A DNA stretch of 49,763 bases, taken from a virus. Both the position numbers and the translations under genes were made by a program. Of this stretch, positions 1 to 9,504 are shown piece after piece; position 1 is the first letter of the stretch, and every line of letters begins with the position of its first letter. The notes below the pieces were generated by a model, which did no database searches, was not told the DNA's origin, and saw nothing but the letters and a program-made list of their open reading frames with translations. The DNA lies in IMG/VR virus record IMGVR_UViG_3300045988_172460; one strand, given 5' to 3'.

Positions 1-141
1 ATTAGCACCTAATTCATCTAATCCTTTCCCTCGTGCTTCATCTATCGATCGCCAGTTTGCTACTTTGTTCAGCAAATCAGTCAAGTCTTTAATTTCAAAC
101 TCAATAATTTCAAGAAGTTTTGAAATATTTGAATTTTCGCG
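1..141. repeat. Terminal direct repeat, copy 1 (identical to 49623..49763)
   Basis: Base-by-base comparison shows both copies read attagcacctaattcatc...gaattttcgcg. This fits a circular assembly overlap. Confidence 0.97.
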
Positions 142-183
142 ATTGAATAGATCTGGTAAATAATCTTTAAGCTTTTTGGTCAC
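1..183 (-). CDS. 5' part (start codon and N-terminus) of the XkdU/YmfQ-like tail-baseplate gene; the rest is 49176..49622
   Basis: The frame of ORF 49176..49706 stays open through the repeat into 142..183. GTG at 183..181 follows an in-frame TGA and a GGTGA SD-like box. This adds VTKKLKDYLPDLFNRENSNISKLLEIIEFEIKD upstream of the TTG chosen by the ORF track. Confidence 0.6.
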   Translation of the reverse strand, partial: MTKKLKDYLPDLFNRENSNISKLLEIIEFEIKDLTDLLNKVANWRSIDEARGKGLDELGAN

Positions 184-1321
184 TAGTAATCACCACATTT
201 TCTGTTTTACATTCAGCTGACTCATTTGGATTCAGATTAATGTCTTTGGCTTCGGTAGTTTCAGTAGATAATCCAATTTTTACATCAGCGACAACAACGC
301 CTGGTATTTGATAAATTAATGGATAAATATAAGAAAATCTGACTACTTCACCCATAGTCAGATTGTTAATGTAATTATTTACTATAACTTTTATTTCTTC
401 TTGTCCGTTTTTTTCAAATTTTGAATCTACTTGAATAGAAATATTCACAAAAATAGGAACAGATTTTGCATAATCAAATTTAACAATATGACTAAATCCT
501 CCTAAGTCTTTTACTTCAACTTCCTGATTACCAACAGTGTCAATCCCAGCGGCAACACTTTTAAAAATTGCCTGCCCAATATCGTCTTTCACTCCACCTA
601 AAATATGCACATGTACCGACTTGGGTGGATTACCATACGAATCAGTTTCCATTGTTTTATTTTCAACAACACTAGCGGTCCGTACTCCACTAACTTCTAG
701 CAAAGCAGTTAGAATTCCGTTTATTGGCGGCCCAGGATTCCCACGAACAGAAATACCAATTCGGTCGCGATAGGCTTTATCTGTTTCACGTTCTGCCCCA
801 CCCTCAGCCCTAGCAGGGTTATTAACAGATGATATTTCTTCAGTAGGTTCCACTTGTACTATAATAGTATTAGCTGGTACGTTTGAACTAGCATTCTCTT
901 CTAAAGAAATTGCGCGGCCTTTCCCAAATCCATTATCATCAATTTTGACTATATCAATCATCTGAAACATAACTTTATTTTCTGTTGAAAAACGTACGCC
1001 TTCATTAATGATGTAACCAGGTTTTCCTGAGAACTCCAGCTCAACCATTGCAACTGTAGCTGGATTTCTATAGATACCACTATTCGCACCTAAACGATCC
1101 AATGAAACCCCTGTAGCTTGACTTATGAAGCCACTATAATAAACTCTTTCAGTTAGTTCATGAGATATAGATAAAAACCATGCAACGATACGAATAATGA
1201 TACCCAGAACAGAATGTCCTGAAACATTAACATCCGAACCAAACAAGGCTTTTGCCTTTTCAGACATATCATAGAGTATTTCATCATATGTTTTTCTTTT
1301 AAATCCATTTTCATCAAGCAC
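167..1321 (-). CDS. Baseplate J-like protein (XkdT-like)
   Basis: 384 aa. GTG start with a GGAGGTGG SD. Sits after the XkdQ/R/S-like genes in PBSX order, and its size and profile are typical of the Baseplate_J family. Confidence 0.7.
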   Translation of the reverse strand: MLDENGFKRKTYDEILYDMSEKAKALFGSDVNVSGHSVLGIIIRIVAWFLSISHELTERVYYSGFISQATGVSLDRLGANSGIYRNPATVAMVELEFSGKPGYIINEGVRFSTENKVMFQMIDIVKIDDNGFGKGRAISLEENASSNVPANTIIVQVEPTEEISSVNNPARAEGGAERETDKAYRDRIGISVRGNPGPPINGILTALLEVSGVRTASVVENKTMETDSYGNPPKSVHVHILGGVKDDIGQAIFKSVAAGIDTVGNQEVEVKDLGGFSHIVKFDYAKSVPIFVNISIQVDSKFEKNGQEEIKVIVNNYINNLTMGEVVRFSYIYPLIYQIPGVVVADVKIGLSTETTEAKDINLNPNESAECKTENVVITSDQKA

Positions 1322-1661
1322 GTATTACCACCTCCACTTCATCACCTAATGTTGATAGCATCTCCACTGTAATATTCAACTGTCTATTGTTTCTTACAAT
1401 TTCTATATTTTCAATACTATTAATTCTAGGTTCTTGATCTAAAATCGCTTCTGTAATATCTTGTTTCAAGTAATCTTCATTGTAATTTTTTCCAAACATA
1501 TTATCACTTTCTAAACCAACGGATGTATCTAATTTAAATTCTTCTAGTCGTATTGATAAGATCATGAATACACTTTGTGCAAGTTCTAAATCTCCTTCAA
1601 CTAGTAAAATTCCATAGTCAATAAATGATAAGTCTCCATTGACTATTTTCAAATCCCTCAT
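1314..1661 (-). CDS. Small baseplate wedge protein (XkdS / gp25-W-like)
   Basis: 115 aa, SD present, overlaps the next gene. Position between the XkdR-like and baseplate J-like genes. Confidence 0.55.
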   Translation of the reverse strand: MRDLKIVNGDLSFIDYGILLVEGDLELAQSVFMILSIRLEEFKLDTSVGLESDNMFGKNYNEDYLKQDITEAILDQEPRINSIENIEIVRNNRQLNITVEMLSTLGDEVEVVIRA

Positions 1662-1993
1662 TAAGCAATCACCCCCATAATAACAGCGTCATTTTGACTA
1701 TGCATTCTATCAGATGATAATGAATAATCAGCTGAACTTCTATAATTATCTATGTCACGATCACAAAAAACTACTACTACAACCGCTCCCTGTGAGATAT
1801 CAGACTGACAATGCTTAGTGATCAACGCGTTTAGTATTAATGCTCTTTTGCCTCCATCTGATTTTAATGCCATTGGCTGAACATCAGCTCTTGCACCTTT
1901 TACAGTCACAACTCGACATAGTTGCATAACATTAATTTCTTTTAAAATTCTATTTTTAAATGATCGAAAAAAAGCTAAGTCAGTTTCTTTCAT
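1661..1993 (-). CDS. Baseplate protein (XkdR-like)
   Basis: 110 aa, SD present, TAATG-type coupling with neighbours, PBSX-like order. Confidence 0.5.
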   Translation of the reverse strand: MKETDLAFFRSFKNRILKEINVMQLCRVVTVKGARADVQPMALKSDGGKRALILNALITKHCQSDISQGAVVVVVFCDRDIDNYRSSADYSLSSDRMHSQNDAVIMGVIA

Positions 1994-2823
1994 TAGGTTA
2001 CCACCTCACACGTTGTAACAAATCGACTACCATCATAGGAGTGCTGGCCATTTTTTACATAAAAATTTCCTTTTACATTTTTTGAATCGATATAGACTGC
2101 TGTACCTGTAGTGATTTTATGTTGCAAAAGACACTCAACAGACCAACCAGTATAATCATGACTTTCAACTTTTGTCGGTTGGTTAATAAGTCCCGTTTCA
2201 GGACTTAATCTGTATCTCTCTTTATTTCCATCTCGAAAATTTTTAATTACAAGTTGACCTCTTTTAAAATATAGTGATGTGTCACAAGCTTTGGAAATCT
2301 CTTCTAAAACCATCATTGCTTGGCCATCAGCTGTGTAGCCAGACCCATATATTTTATTATTTTTTAACTTAATTTCTGACAAAGGAATATTTGCTTCCCT
2401 AGCAACTCGATTTATAATAGTATGAGCATCCGTTCCATTATTAAAAGTAATATTTACTTCTTTTTGTTCCGAGTAATCTTTACCTTCTAAAAAAGTAAAT
2501 GTTGTTGCTCTATCTACTCCGTTTAGAACAGAGGGTTTTACTTCTGCTATCGTTCCTGACGTAATCACTCCATTTGAAGTACCTGCATATCCTGCGTGGA
2601 TATAGACTGGATTTCCTTTCTTAATAAAATCAATACTTTTTTTATTTAAATTGTATATTGTCACACTCACTTCAGATGGATTAGGTGAATCAGAAAAAGG
2701 TGCTGTAAAGTGAATTTCTAACCGATCCAACCTGCCTGAATCAGCTCTTAGTAGAACTCGATTCTTCCCATTCTTGTCGTGTATTTCAATTTGTAATAAT
2801 CGTTGCCATTGCGTATTTCCCAT
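1993..2823 (-). CDS. Baseplate hub / late-control-D-like protein (XkdQ-like)
   Basis: 276 aa, SD present. Position follows the LysM tail protein as in PBSX xkdP-xkdQ. Confidence 0.55.
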   Translation of the reverse strand: MGNTQWQRLLQIEIHDKNGKNRVLLRADSGRLDRLEIHFTAPFSDSPNPSEVSVTIYNLNKKSIDFIKKGNPVYIHAGYAGTSNGVITSGTIAEVKPSVLNGVDRATTFTFLEGKDYSEQKEVNITFNNGTDAHTIINRVAREANIPLSEIKLKNNKIYGSGYTADGQAMMVLEEISKACDTSLYFKRGQLVIKNFRDGNKERYRLSPETGLINQPTKVESHDYTGWSVECLLQHKITTGTAVYIDSKNVKGNFYVKNGQHSYDGSRFVTTCEVVT

Positions 2824-3186
2824 TTAATTATCTTCCCTTTCCAAACTTGGAACATTATAATTCGGAGGTAAATCATCTATATAAAGGAAAACCTGAATAC
2901 CAAAATTTTCAAAAGTTATTTCTTTTGAAGCTCCCGACTCATCCATCGGCACCAAATCTGCTGAAGGTAAACGAGTATCTACAATGTCTTGCCAAAGTCT
3001 TTCATCGATTACCATACGCTCACCAATAGCTATCGGTGTATGATCTATGTCATATAGATCTACAGTAAAAAATTTTTCTGTTTGATTATAGTCCACCTCA
3101 AAAATGTAATTTGTATTACCTAAAGGTATTTCGAATTTTTCAGGTAATGAATATTTATCAATAGGAATATATGCTCTTAAAGACAT
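2824..3186 (-). CDS. Hypothetical tail-module protein
   Basis: 120 aa with SD (GAGGTG), tightly packed between tail genes. No motif recognised. Confidence 0.6.
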   Translation of the reverse strand: MSLRAYIPIDKYSLPEKFEIPLGNTNYIFEVDYNQTEKFFTVDLYDIDHTPIAIGERMVIDERLWQDIVDTRLPSADLVPMDESGASKEITFENFGIQVFLYIDDLPPNYNVPSLEREDN

Positions 3187-3195
3187 TTAGTCACC

Positions 3196-3753
3196 TCATT
3201 TCACACGCGCACGAGCGCCTATGGGTATAAATCTATCTGGCCACTTGTTCCAATCTCTTAATTGCTGAATAGACGTACCATATTGTTGCCACCAACCCCA
3301 ATAAGTATTTCCTGGCTGCACTGTCACATATACAGCGTTACTTGGTTTCGAAGGTTGTTTTGCAACTGGCGGTTGTGGAATCTTCTCCCAAATAGTCTTA
3401 GCTACACGTATGGGCTGTAACGTAATTGTTATAGTGAAACCATTTTCCACTGTGTCATACCCTTTACTGATATCTTGTATAACTGCATTTTTAAAATATG
3501 ATCTGCCTCGATAAACAATCCAACGAACATCTTTCTGCCATGCAACTAATGTATTGTAAGCTTGCTCTGCAGCGTTACCATTTTTAGCGAGAATCCAGCC
3601 ACTAATTGTGACTGGACCGCCTGTATACATCATATTGTCAGTGATTGGCGCTCCTGATTCAACAGGATATTGAGATACATTAGCAGCACTGGTTACAGTC
3701 TCACTGACGTTTACAATCTCAACTTTAGATTTACCACTCTGAATATATCCCAT
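3196..3753 (-). CDS. Tail protein with C-terminal LysM-like domain (XkdP-like)
   Basis: 185 aa. The C-terminus YVTVQPGNTYWGWWQQYGTSIQQLRDWNKW..IPIGARARV fits the LysM pattern. Lies directly after the tape measure gene. Confidence 0.6.
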   Translation of the reverse strand: MGYIQSGKSKVEIVNVSETVTSAANVSQYPVESGAPITDNMMYTGGPVTISGWILAKNGNAAEQAYNTLVAWQKDVRWIVYRGRSYFKNAVIQDISKGYDTVENGFTITITLQPIRVAKTIWEKIPQPPVAKQPSKPSNAVYVTVQPGNTYWGWWQQYGTSIQQLRDWNKWPDRFIPIGARARVK

Positions 3754-6700
3754 TAAACAACCTCTCCTGTTCCTAGAATGTTAAGTAATTTTGCATACTC
3801 ATCTTCTAATGCTTGTCTTACAGCCTCTTTAATATCTCCAACAACAGATTTATCAGAATTATTCCCAACGTTGATAGTAATATTAGGACTAAAATTAACA
3901 GATGGAGATCCTTGATTAAAGAGCGCTTTAGTTTTTTCATGAGGATGTACAGTTCCAGCTGTATCTGCTTCGAACAATTCTGGTCCATTCTCTCCTACTA
4001 AAACTGTTTCACCTTTTGAAGGGCGGCCTCCCTTTGCATAAGCCCTTAATCTATGACCTGTTGGTCCCCATCCAGAATGTCCATATGGCAAATCTGTTCT
4101 CCAATTTGAATTATTGAAAAATGCCATTAGCTGATGGAATCCATTCAAAATGTTCTCATAACCACGAACTTTATACGCATTAAAAGTTTGAGGAATGTAC
4201 TGAAGCAATCCTCGAGCTGGGTTTCCACTAGCTGTATTTACATCCCAAACAGCAGAACTTTGAATAATACTTTGGTTACCACTAGACTCCCTCTGGATTT
4301 GAGCTAAAATGCCGTTTACTTCTGCATCACTTACTTGTTGATTCATTTGTTTTGCAGCTTTTCTAACTTGAGGACCCCATCCTGCAGCACCTACCGCCAC
4401 ACCACCAGCAGCTCCGCCATAAGTATCAGGATTTACGTGTTGGCCATTTGGTCCACCTTTTCTAAGTTCATAATGAACATGAGGACCAGTTGACCAACCA
4501 GAAGAGCCTACATCACCGACGATTTGACCTGCTTTAACTTTATCGCCCATCTTAGCTCTTATGCGGCTCATATGTCCATACATAGCCCATAGATTATCAG
4601 CAACTTTAATTCCTACGTGCTCACCTAATCCTATGGAAGAAGATTGAACCCAATCAACCAAACCAGGATATTGAGCTGGAATAGGCGTTCCAGTTGGAGC
4701 AGCATAATCAATACCCGTGTGAAAATCCCCATAAAGACCTGGTCGCTTACCATAATCAGAAGTACGAACAAATGGTGATCCAAAATGTGGAGCAAAAGCA
4801 CCTGAACCAAAAGCGCCACCATCTTCGGAATCAAAAAAGCCTTTGAAAGCCTCAAGTTTATTTTTTACCCATTCGGCACTGGTGTCTTTTAGTTTGTTCA
4901 TGACACCATGTCCCAAACCTTGGATATTTTTACCCTTTTTATAAGTGTTATGCTTATTAAATAAGCCAGTCACTTTTCCAATCGGGTCTGATAGCCAATC
5001 TTTTGCTGTTTCAGCTATATCTTTAGTTTTTTCTATAGCTTTCGTTCCTACTTCTTTTGCTTTATCTACTGCATTAGATCCAAAGTCTTTTAATTTATCA
5101 ACAGTATTTGCACCGAAATCCTTAGCACTATCAACAAAATCAGAAAGCCCATTTCCTTTACCTTTATGGAAACCTGGTAAAACTGTTCCTTGCCCCATAC
5201 CACCATTTAGTACAGCTTTTGTATCTGAATGGTTTAAGATCCGTTCACCCGATGTTATATTAGTAACTTCTGGACCATTTGATCCTAATAAACGCATTGA
5301 AGAAGTGCTCTTGTTATATGCTAATTCAACACCTTCTTCTCCAACCAAAGATGGACCACTATACGAAGCACCTCGAGAACCAGCAGCATGCATTTTGCCG
5401 CCTTTACCTTGTTTATATCCTGAGACATCCGCTTTGCTATCGGCTGTTGGAGTCCATGGTGGAATCTCATCTAATCCAAAAAACTTTAGAACCACATTAA
5501 TTCCGCTAGTAACAGCATTAATTTTTCGTGCTAAACCTGTTTTAAAATCTTCCCAAATCTTCAGAGCGCCATCTACAGTATTACTAATAGTTTTACTGAA
5601 ACCTTCTCCAAAACTTTTAGCGCCTTCAACTGTTCCGTCCCAAATCTCTTTAAATTTCTTTTTGGAATCCTTTTTAAAGACTTCCCATTTAGATAATGTT
5701 TGTCCAGTTTCCCAGTCCACTTGTTCAAGATGACCTTCCGCTTGCTTTTTAGCCTGTGTTACAACATCTTCATGTTGTTTTTCTGCTTCTTTGACTACAC
5801 CGTCTCTTTGTTCTTGGGCTTTTTTTAATGCATCATCATATTGTTGTTGAGTAATCGTACCATTGACATATCTTTCTTCATCTAAAATGCGCTTTGTTTC
5901 TTCATATTTTTCATTTGCAGATTTAATTGTACCTTCTTTTGCTTTATATGAAGCTGCTACAGCATCAGCAGCCTGTTGCGCGCTAATCTCACCTGATGCA
6001 TTTTTCAAATTACCCATAATGATTTTTTGCTCTTTAGCTGAATCTGATAATGCAACAACAGCTTGATTTTTCATATCTTCATGAATCGACTTATTAGCAG
6101 CAGCATGTTTTTCTTCAACAGCACGTACTGCAGCAGCTGAGGTTTTTTCTAACGACTCAATTTCTTTTTTATCGTTTTCTGATAGTTCTCGATTTTCTAA
6201 TCTTGCTTTTTCTTTGATTTCATTGATACGATTTGTGTAATACTCTGTAGCAGTAATAGATTCATCATATTCTTGTTTTTCTAATTTCTTGAAATCTTGA
6301 ACTTTTTCAGAGAACATATTTGTTCGTACTTTTGCTAATTCATCAGCAGCTGCCTTGGCTCCTTGTGCATCCTTTTCATTAAGAATTCCCATACCAGCTA
6401 ATTTATCAAGATTGCTATTAGATTTATCTTTCTTTTTATTCAGCTGTTTAGTAACTTGATTCTGCATGTCTTCTAAAGCTTTATATCGCTTAGTAACTTC
6501 TTCATTGGTAAGAACTCGTCCTTCAATTTTACCTGTAGTGTCTTGATCAACAAGAAGCTCATAGTTTTTCATAAAAGAGTTCATCCGCTTAGCAGTAGCT
6601 TTAGATACACCATTACCAGATTTAGTAGTATTATCAAACGGCTTTTCGAATAAATCCTTTGCTGAAGCTTTGATTTCTTTTATTCCTGATTTGCTTTTTT

Positions 6701-8936
6701 TAACTGCTTTATCAATACCTTGAACTAAAGGACCCAATAAAAAATTATCCTTTGATGATTCCCATAATTCACTAATTTTTTTAGAGATATCGGGCCATTT
6801 TTCTTGCAATTTCTTTCCAAATTTACTTCCAAAAATTGATCCTGCCGTTGTCCCTAATATACCTCCAATCACAGTACCAATTGGACCAAACGTTGTTCCG
6901 GCTACGGCACCTAATTTTGCGCCAGCTAATGTTGCTGCTTTAGCGCCTAATACTCCACCAACGATAGAACCTAACGAATCACCAATTTTTTCAAACTTAT
7001 TATTTTTATTAATTTGAGTTAAAGTTAAACCTGCCGAAATATAAGACAATAAAGGAACCGATTTGGCAAACCTTCTCACTCCGCCAAAAAGTTTAGTACC
7101 TTTTCCTATTTTGCCAACAGATCCAACCGGTAAGGATTCCTGTATATTTGGACTAGCAGTAGTATGCGTTGGTGCGCTAGCTTTTTGAGCTGCAGAATCA
7201 ACATCTTCTAAAGCCTTTCTTGTTTTAAAAGCTTCTCTCTGAGCAGTGTTCCCAAGCTTTTCTAGTTTAGCAATAATACCTAAAATTCCCTTTGAGACTC
7301 CCAAGAGCGGTTTTCCTACTAGCTTAAACCCTAGCAAACCGCCAATACCATACGTGGCCCATTTGCCAACTTGTTTCATAGCGACAGGGTTTTCATCAGT
7401 AAATTCTTTGAGTATACGAATGCTTGGCTTAATAATATATTTAAACCCTTTATCCATTATGTTAAACATATTTTTAGCACCTTCTGCAATGCCAGGTCCT
7501 ATAGCTTTGCCTACCTTTTTAGCTGTAGGAATTATTTCATCAACAAAATAATCTTTTGCCTGTCCAAAGTGTTTCATTACCTGTTTTGCTGTTGGCTCAA
7601 CTTTTGCGCCAACATTTTCTAACATATCTGGTATTTCTTCACCTTTTTTTACAAAATCTGTCGCTTTGATAATTAGTGGCGTGAATATTGGTAACAAACC
7701 TTGCCCTAACTTCGCCGATGTTTCTTTTATTGATTCTGTAAAAACACGGGTGGCATTTGCAGCTTGATCACTTGTTCTTGCAAAATCGCCTTGGGAGTTC
7801 TTAGTTTTAGACATTACGTAGTTATAACGTAAGCGTACTAATTCTTCCTGACTTAGAGAATCTAATTTTGCTTGTTGAACCTCTTCACCTTTAGATTCTG
7901 CTTCTGTTAATTTTAACTGCGCATCTCTAGCTTCAATTGAATTTTCACCATGTTTTTTAATGGCTTTATTTAAACGATCTTGAGCTTTTTCTCTTGCCAT
8001 GGCATTCTTTGCAGCCTTAGAATTATCTACTGACGACTGCAACGCTCCACTGGCCATCGCAAACTGTTCCAAGTTGGTTTGAGTCATAACAATACCCAAA
8101 CCTTTTAACGCCTCAGTTTCACCAGTAAACACACCATTTAATGCTGTATTTACACGGTCAATTCCTATATTTTTAAATGAAGCAAGATCTCCTGCCAAGT
8201 CAACTAATGAAGTAGACATTTTTGCAGCTTCTTCTGTGCCAATACCCATTGAAGTTGACATATCTCCATATGTAGCTGCTAAGTCTAACGCTGTACCTTG
8301 TGCCAAACCAATATTAGTCAGTGTGGACTTCGACCAATCTTCCACAACTTTATTGTTATCACCAAAAGCTACTTCTACTTTGTTTAAAGCTTCATTAGTA
8401 TCAGATGCATAGTCAAAGGCCTTTTTGCCTGCTCCTGCGATTGCTGCACCAGCTATCATTGCACCATTTCTTATCTTTGTAAAAGCATTCCAAGCAACAT
8501 CTGAAGCCTTTGTTGCAACAGTTCCTATATGGCCAATACTTGTTTGTACACCCTTCGCAGCTTTTCCAACTACTTTTAGAGATGTTGCACTAGATTGAGC
8601 GAAAACACTTGCAGAATTTTTACTTTTATCAAACTGATTTCCAACATCTTTTACTTGTTTTTCAGTTTGTTTAGCAGAGTTTGTTGTCTTTTGCATAGAA
8701 TCTTTTGCTCGATTTCCGAACTGGACAACTTTATCTGTATTTTGTTTTAAACCTTCACTATTTCTTTTTAAAGAGGTTGTGGCGCCATCTATGGATTTTG
8801 CTGAATTTTGATAAGTACCTTCCATTCGTGCAGCTTTAGCAAGAATTTTATCAGTTTCTTCATTAGCACGCTCTAACGATCTATTATTTATTTTCCAATC
8901 GAGTTCGATTACTGAACTACGTAACGCATCTGCCAT
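3753..8936 (-). CDS. Tail tape measure protein with C-terminal M23 peptidase and lytic transglycosylase domains
   Basis: 1727 aa, Ala/Gly/Lys-rich with coiled and hydrophobic segments. Follows the chaperone pair. Motifs HTGIDY...GPHVHYEL and QIQRESSGN...GLLQY. Confidence 0.9.
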   Translation of the reverse strand: MADALRSSVIELDWKINNRSLERANEETDKILAKAARMEGTYQNSAKSIDGATTSLKRNSEGLKQNTDKVVQFGNRAKDSMQKTTNSAKQTEKQVKDVGNQFDKSKNSASVFAQSSATSLKVVGKAAKGVQTSIGHIGTVATKASDVAWNAFTKIRNGAMIAGAAIAGAGKKAFDYASDTNEALNKVEVAFGDNNKVVEDWSKSTLTNIGLAQGTALDLAATYGDMSTSMGIGTEEAAKMSTSLVDLAGDLASFKNIGIDRVNTALNGVFTGETEALKGLGIVMTQTNLEQFAMASGALQSSVDNSKAAKNAMAREKAQDRLNKAIKKHGENSIEARDAQLKLTEAESKGEEVQQAKLDSLSQEELVRLRYNYVMSKTKNSQGDFARTSDQAANATRVFTESIKETSAKLGQGLLPIFTPLIIKATDFVKKGEEIPDMLENVGAKVEPTAKQVMKHFGQAKDYFVDEIIPTAKKVGKAIGPGIAEGAKNMFNIMDKGFKYIIKPSIRILKEFTDENPVAMKQVGKWATYGIGGLLGFKLVGKPLLGVSKGILGIIAKLEKLGNTAQREAFKTRKALEDVDSAAQKASAPTHTTASPNIQESLPVGSVGKIGKGTKLFGGVRRFAKSVPLLSYISAGLTLTQINKNNKFEKIGDSLGSIVGGVLGAKAATLAGAKLGAVAGTTFGPIGTVIGGILGTTAGSIFGSKFGKKLQEKWPDISKKISELWESSKDNFLLGPLVQGIDKAVKKSKSGIKEIKASAKDLFEKPFDNTTKSGNGVSKATAKRMNSFMKNYELLVDQDTTGKIEGRVLTNEEVTKRYKALEDMQNQVTKQLNKKKDKSNSNLDKLAGMGILNEKDAQGAKAAADELAKVRTNMFSEKVQDFKKLEKQEYDESITATEYYTNRINEIKEKARLENRELSENDKKEIESLEKTSAAAVRAVEEKHAAANKSIHEDMKNQAVVALSDSAKEQKIIMGNLKNASGEISAQQAADAVAASYKAKEGTIKSANEKYEETKRILDEERYVNGTITQQQYDDALKKAQEQRDGVVKEAEKQHEDVVTQAKKQAEGHLEQVDWETGQTLSKWEVFKKDSKKKFKEIWDGTVEGAKSFGEGFSKTISNTVDGALKIWEDFKTGLARKINAVTSGINVVLKFFGLDEIPPWTPTADSKADVSGYKQGKGGKMHAAGSRGASYSGPSLVGEEGVELAYNKSTSSMRLLGSNGPEVTNITSGERILNHSDTKAVLNGGMGQGTVLPGFHKGKGNGLSDFVDSAKDFGANTVDKLKDFGSNAVDKAKEVGTKAIEKTKDIAETAKDWLSDPIGKVTGLFNKHNTYKKGKNIQGLGHGVMNKLKDTSAEWVKNKLEAFKGFFDSEDGGAFGSGAFAPHFGSPFVRTSDYGKRPGLYGDFHTGIDYAAPTGTPIPAQYPGLVDWVQSSSIGLGEHVGIKVADNLWAMYGHMSRIRAKMGDKVKAGQIVGDVGSSGWSTGPHVHYELRKGGPNGQHVNPDTYGGAAGGVAVGAAGWGPQVRKAAKQMNQQVSDAEVNGILAQIQRESSGNQSIIQSSAVWDVNTASGNPARGLLQYIPQTFNAYKVRGYENILNGFHQLMAFFNNSNWRTDLPYGHSGWGPTGHRLRAYAKGGRPSKGETVLVGENGPELFEADTAGTVHPHEKTKALFNQGSPSVNFSPNITINVGNNSDKSVVGDIKEAVRQALEDEYAKLLNILGTGEVV
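4090..4330 (-). other. SLT-type lytic transglycosylase domain inside the tape measure protein
   Basis: ILAQIQRESSGNQ (catalytic Glu codon near 4289..4287) followed by GNPARGLLQYIPQTF. Confidence 0.7.
4450..4760 (-). other. M23 (LytM-type) peptidase domain inside the tape measure protein
   Basis: HxxxD (HTGIDYAAP, His codon at 4721..4719) and HxH (HVHYEL, 4481..4473) metal-binding motifs. Confidence 0.8.
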
Positions 8937-8938
8937 TA

Positions 8939-9139
8939 TTAGATGACACCTCCTCTTGATTTAGTTAGATTTATTTTTTGATATGCTACTTCGTTCCAAA
9001 CTGCTAGCTCCTCTGCCGTGGCAATTTCGACTTCATCTTTAGTGGCAATGCCTGCTATTACAGGCAGCCACCTAAACATATCTTTTTGAACTTCTCTTTC
9101 CGTAATTCTTGGATTAGGGCTAGTTAAGCATTCGACCAA
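8939..9139 (-). CDS. Tail assembly chaperone, downstream frame (possible frameshift extension)
   Basis: 66-aa ORF overlaps the end of ORF 9120..9452 by 20 nt in the +1 frame and has no SD of its own. Classic position between tube and tape measure. Confidence 0.5.
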   Translation of the reverse strand: MVECLTSPNPRITEREVQKDMFRWLPVIAGIATKDEVEIATAEELAVWNEVAYQKINLTKSRGGVI

Positions 9140-9452
9140 GAAAGTTGTCGGCTAATGCCATAACCTCACGATATCCTTCGTGTTCATCCCAATAGTCCCA
9201 GTTCAATTTTGGTGTAACAATAACTGAGTCCATAAGTTGAGAGTGATAAGCAACGTCAGAAAAAGTATTTGATGGTCCTTTTGAGTTATCTAAAATCGCT
9301 TGAGCAGCACGTGTTCCAGGGAATTGAAATGTATATTCCACATCTTCAACAGTATGTTTTTCTTGTTTTCCGAACTTATTAAATGGTTTTTTTTCTGCCT
9401 CTGGAATGTTATTTTTCGCTTCTAATTCTTTTACTTCATCTTTTTTCGTCAT
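9120..9452 (-). CDS. Tail assembly chaperone
   Basis: 110 aa, AGGAGG SD, acidic C-terminal half, position between tube and tape measure. Confidence 0.65.
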   Translation of the reverse strand: MTKKDEVKELEAKNNIPEAEKKPFNKFGKQEKHTVEDVEYTFQFPGTRAAQAILDNSKGPSNTFSDVAYHSQLMDSVIVTPKLNWDYWDEHEGYREVMALADNFLGRMLN

Positions 9453-9472
9453 GATAAATTCCTCCTAAAGTT

Positions 9473-9504
9473 AAATAGAAAGCACTTAACAAGATGTTAA
9501 GCGC
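9473..9504 (-). terminator. Hairpin plus U-rich tract after the tube gene (attenuating terminator)
   Basis: Minus strand reads GCGCTTAACA-tct-TGTTAAGTGC (10 bp, one G-U) followed by TTTCTATTT. Confidence 0.55.

Noticed and set aside
4945-5733. 262-aa plus-strand ORF, along with other plus-strand ORFs at 537, 2847, 3813, 5279, 5863, 7246 and 7371 inside the tail genes
   Set aside because: All lie antisense within long, well-supported minus-strand genes. They lack SD sequences and have Ser/Leu/Pro/Phe-rich compositions typical of reverse-complement frames of AT-rich coding DNA.
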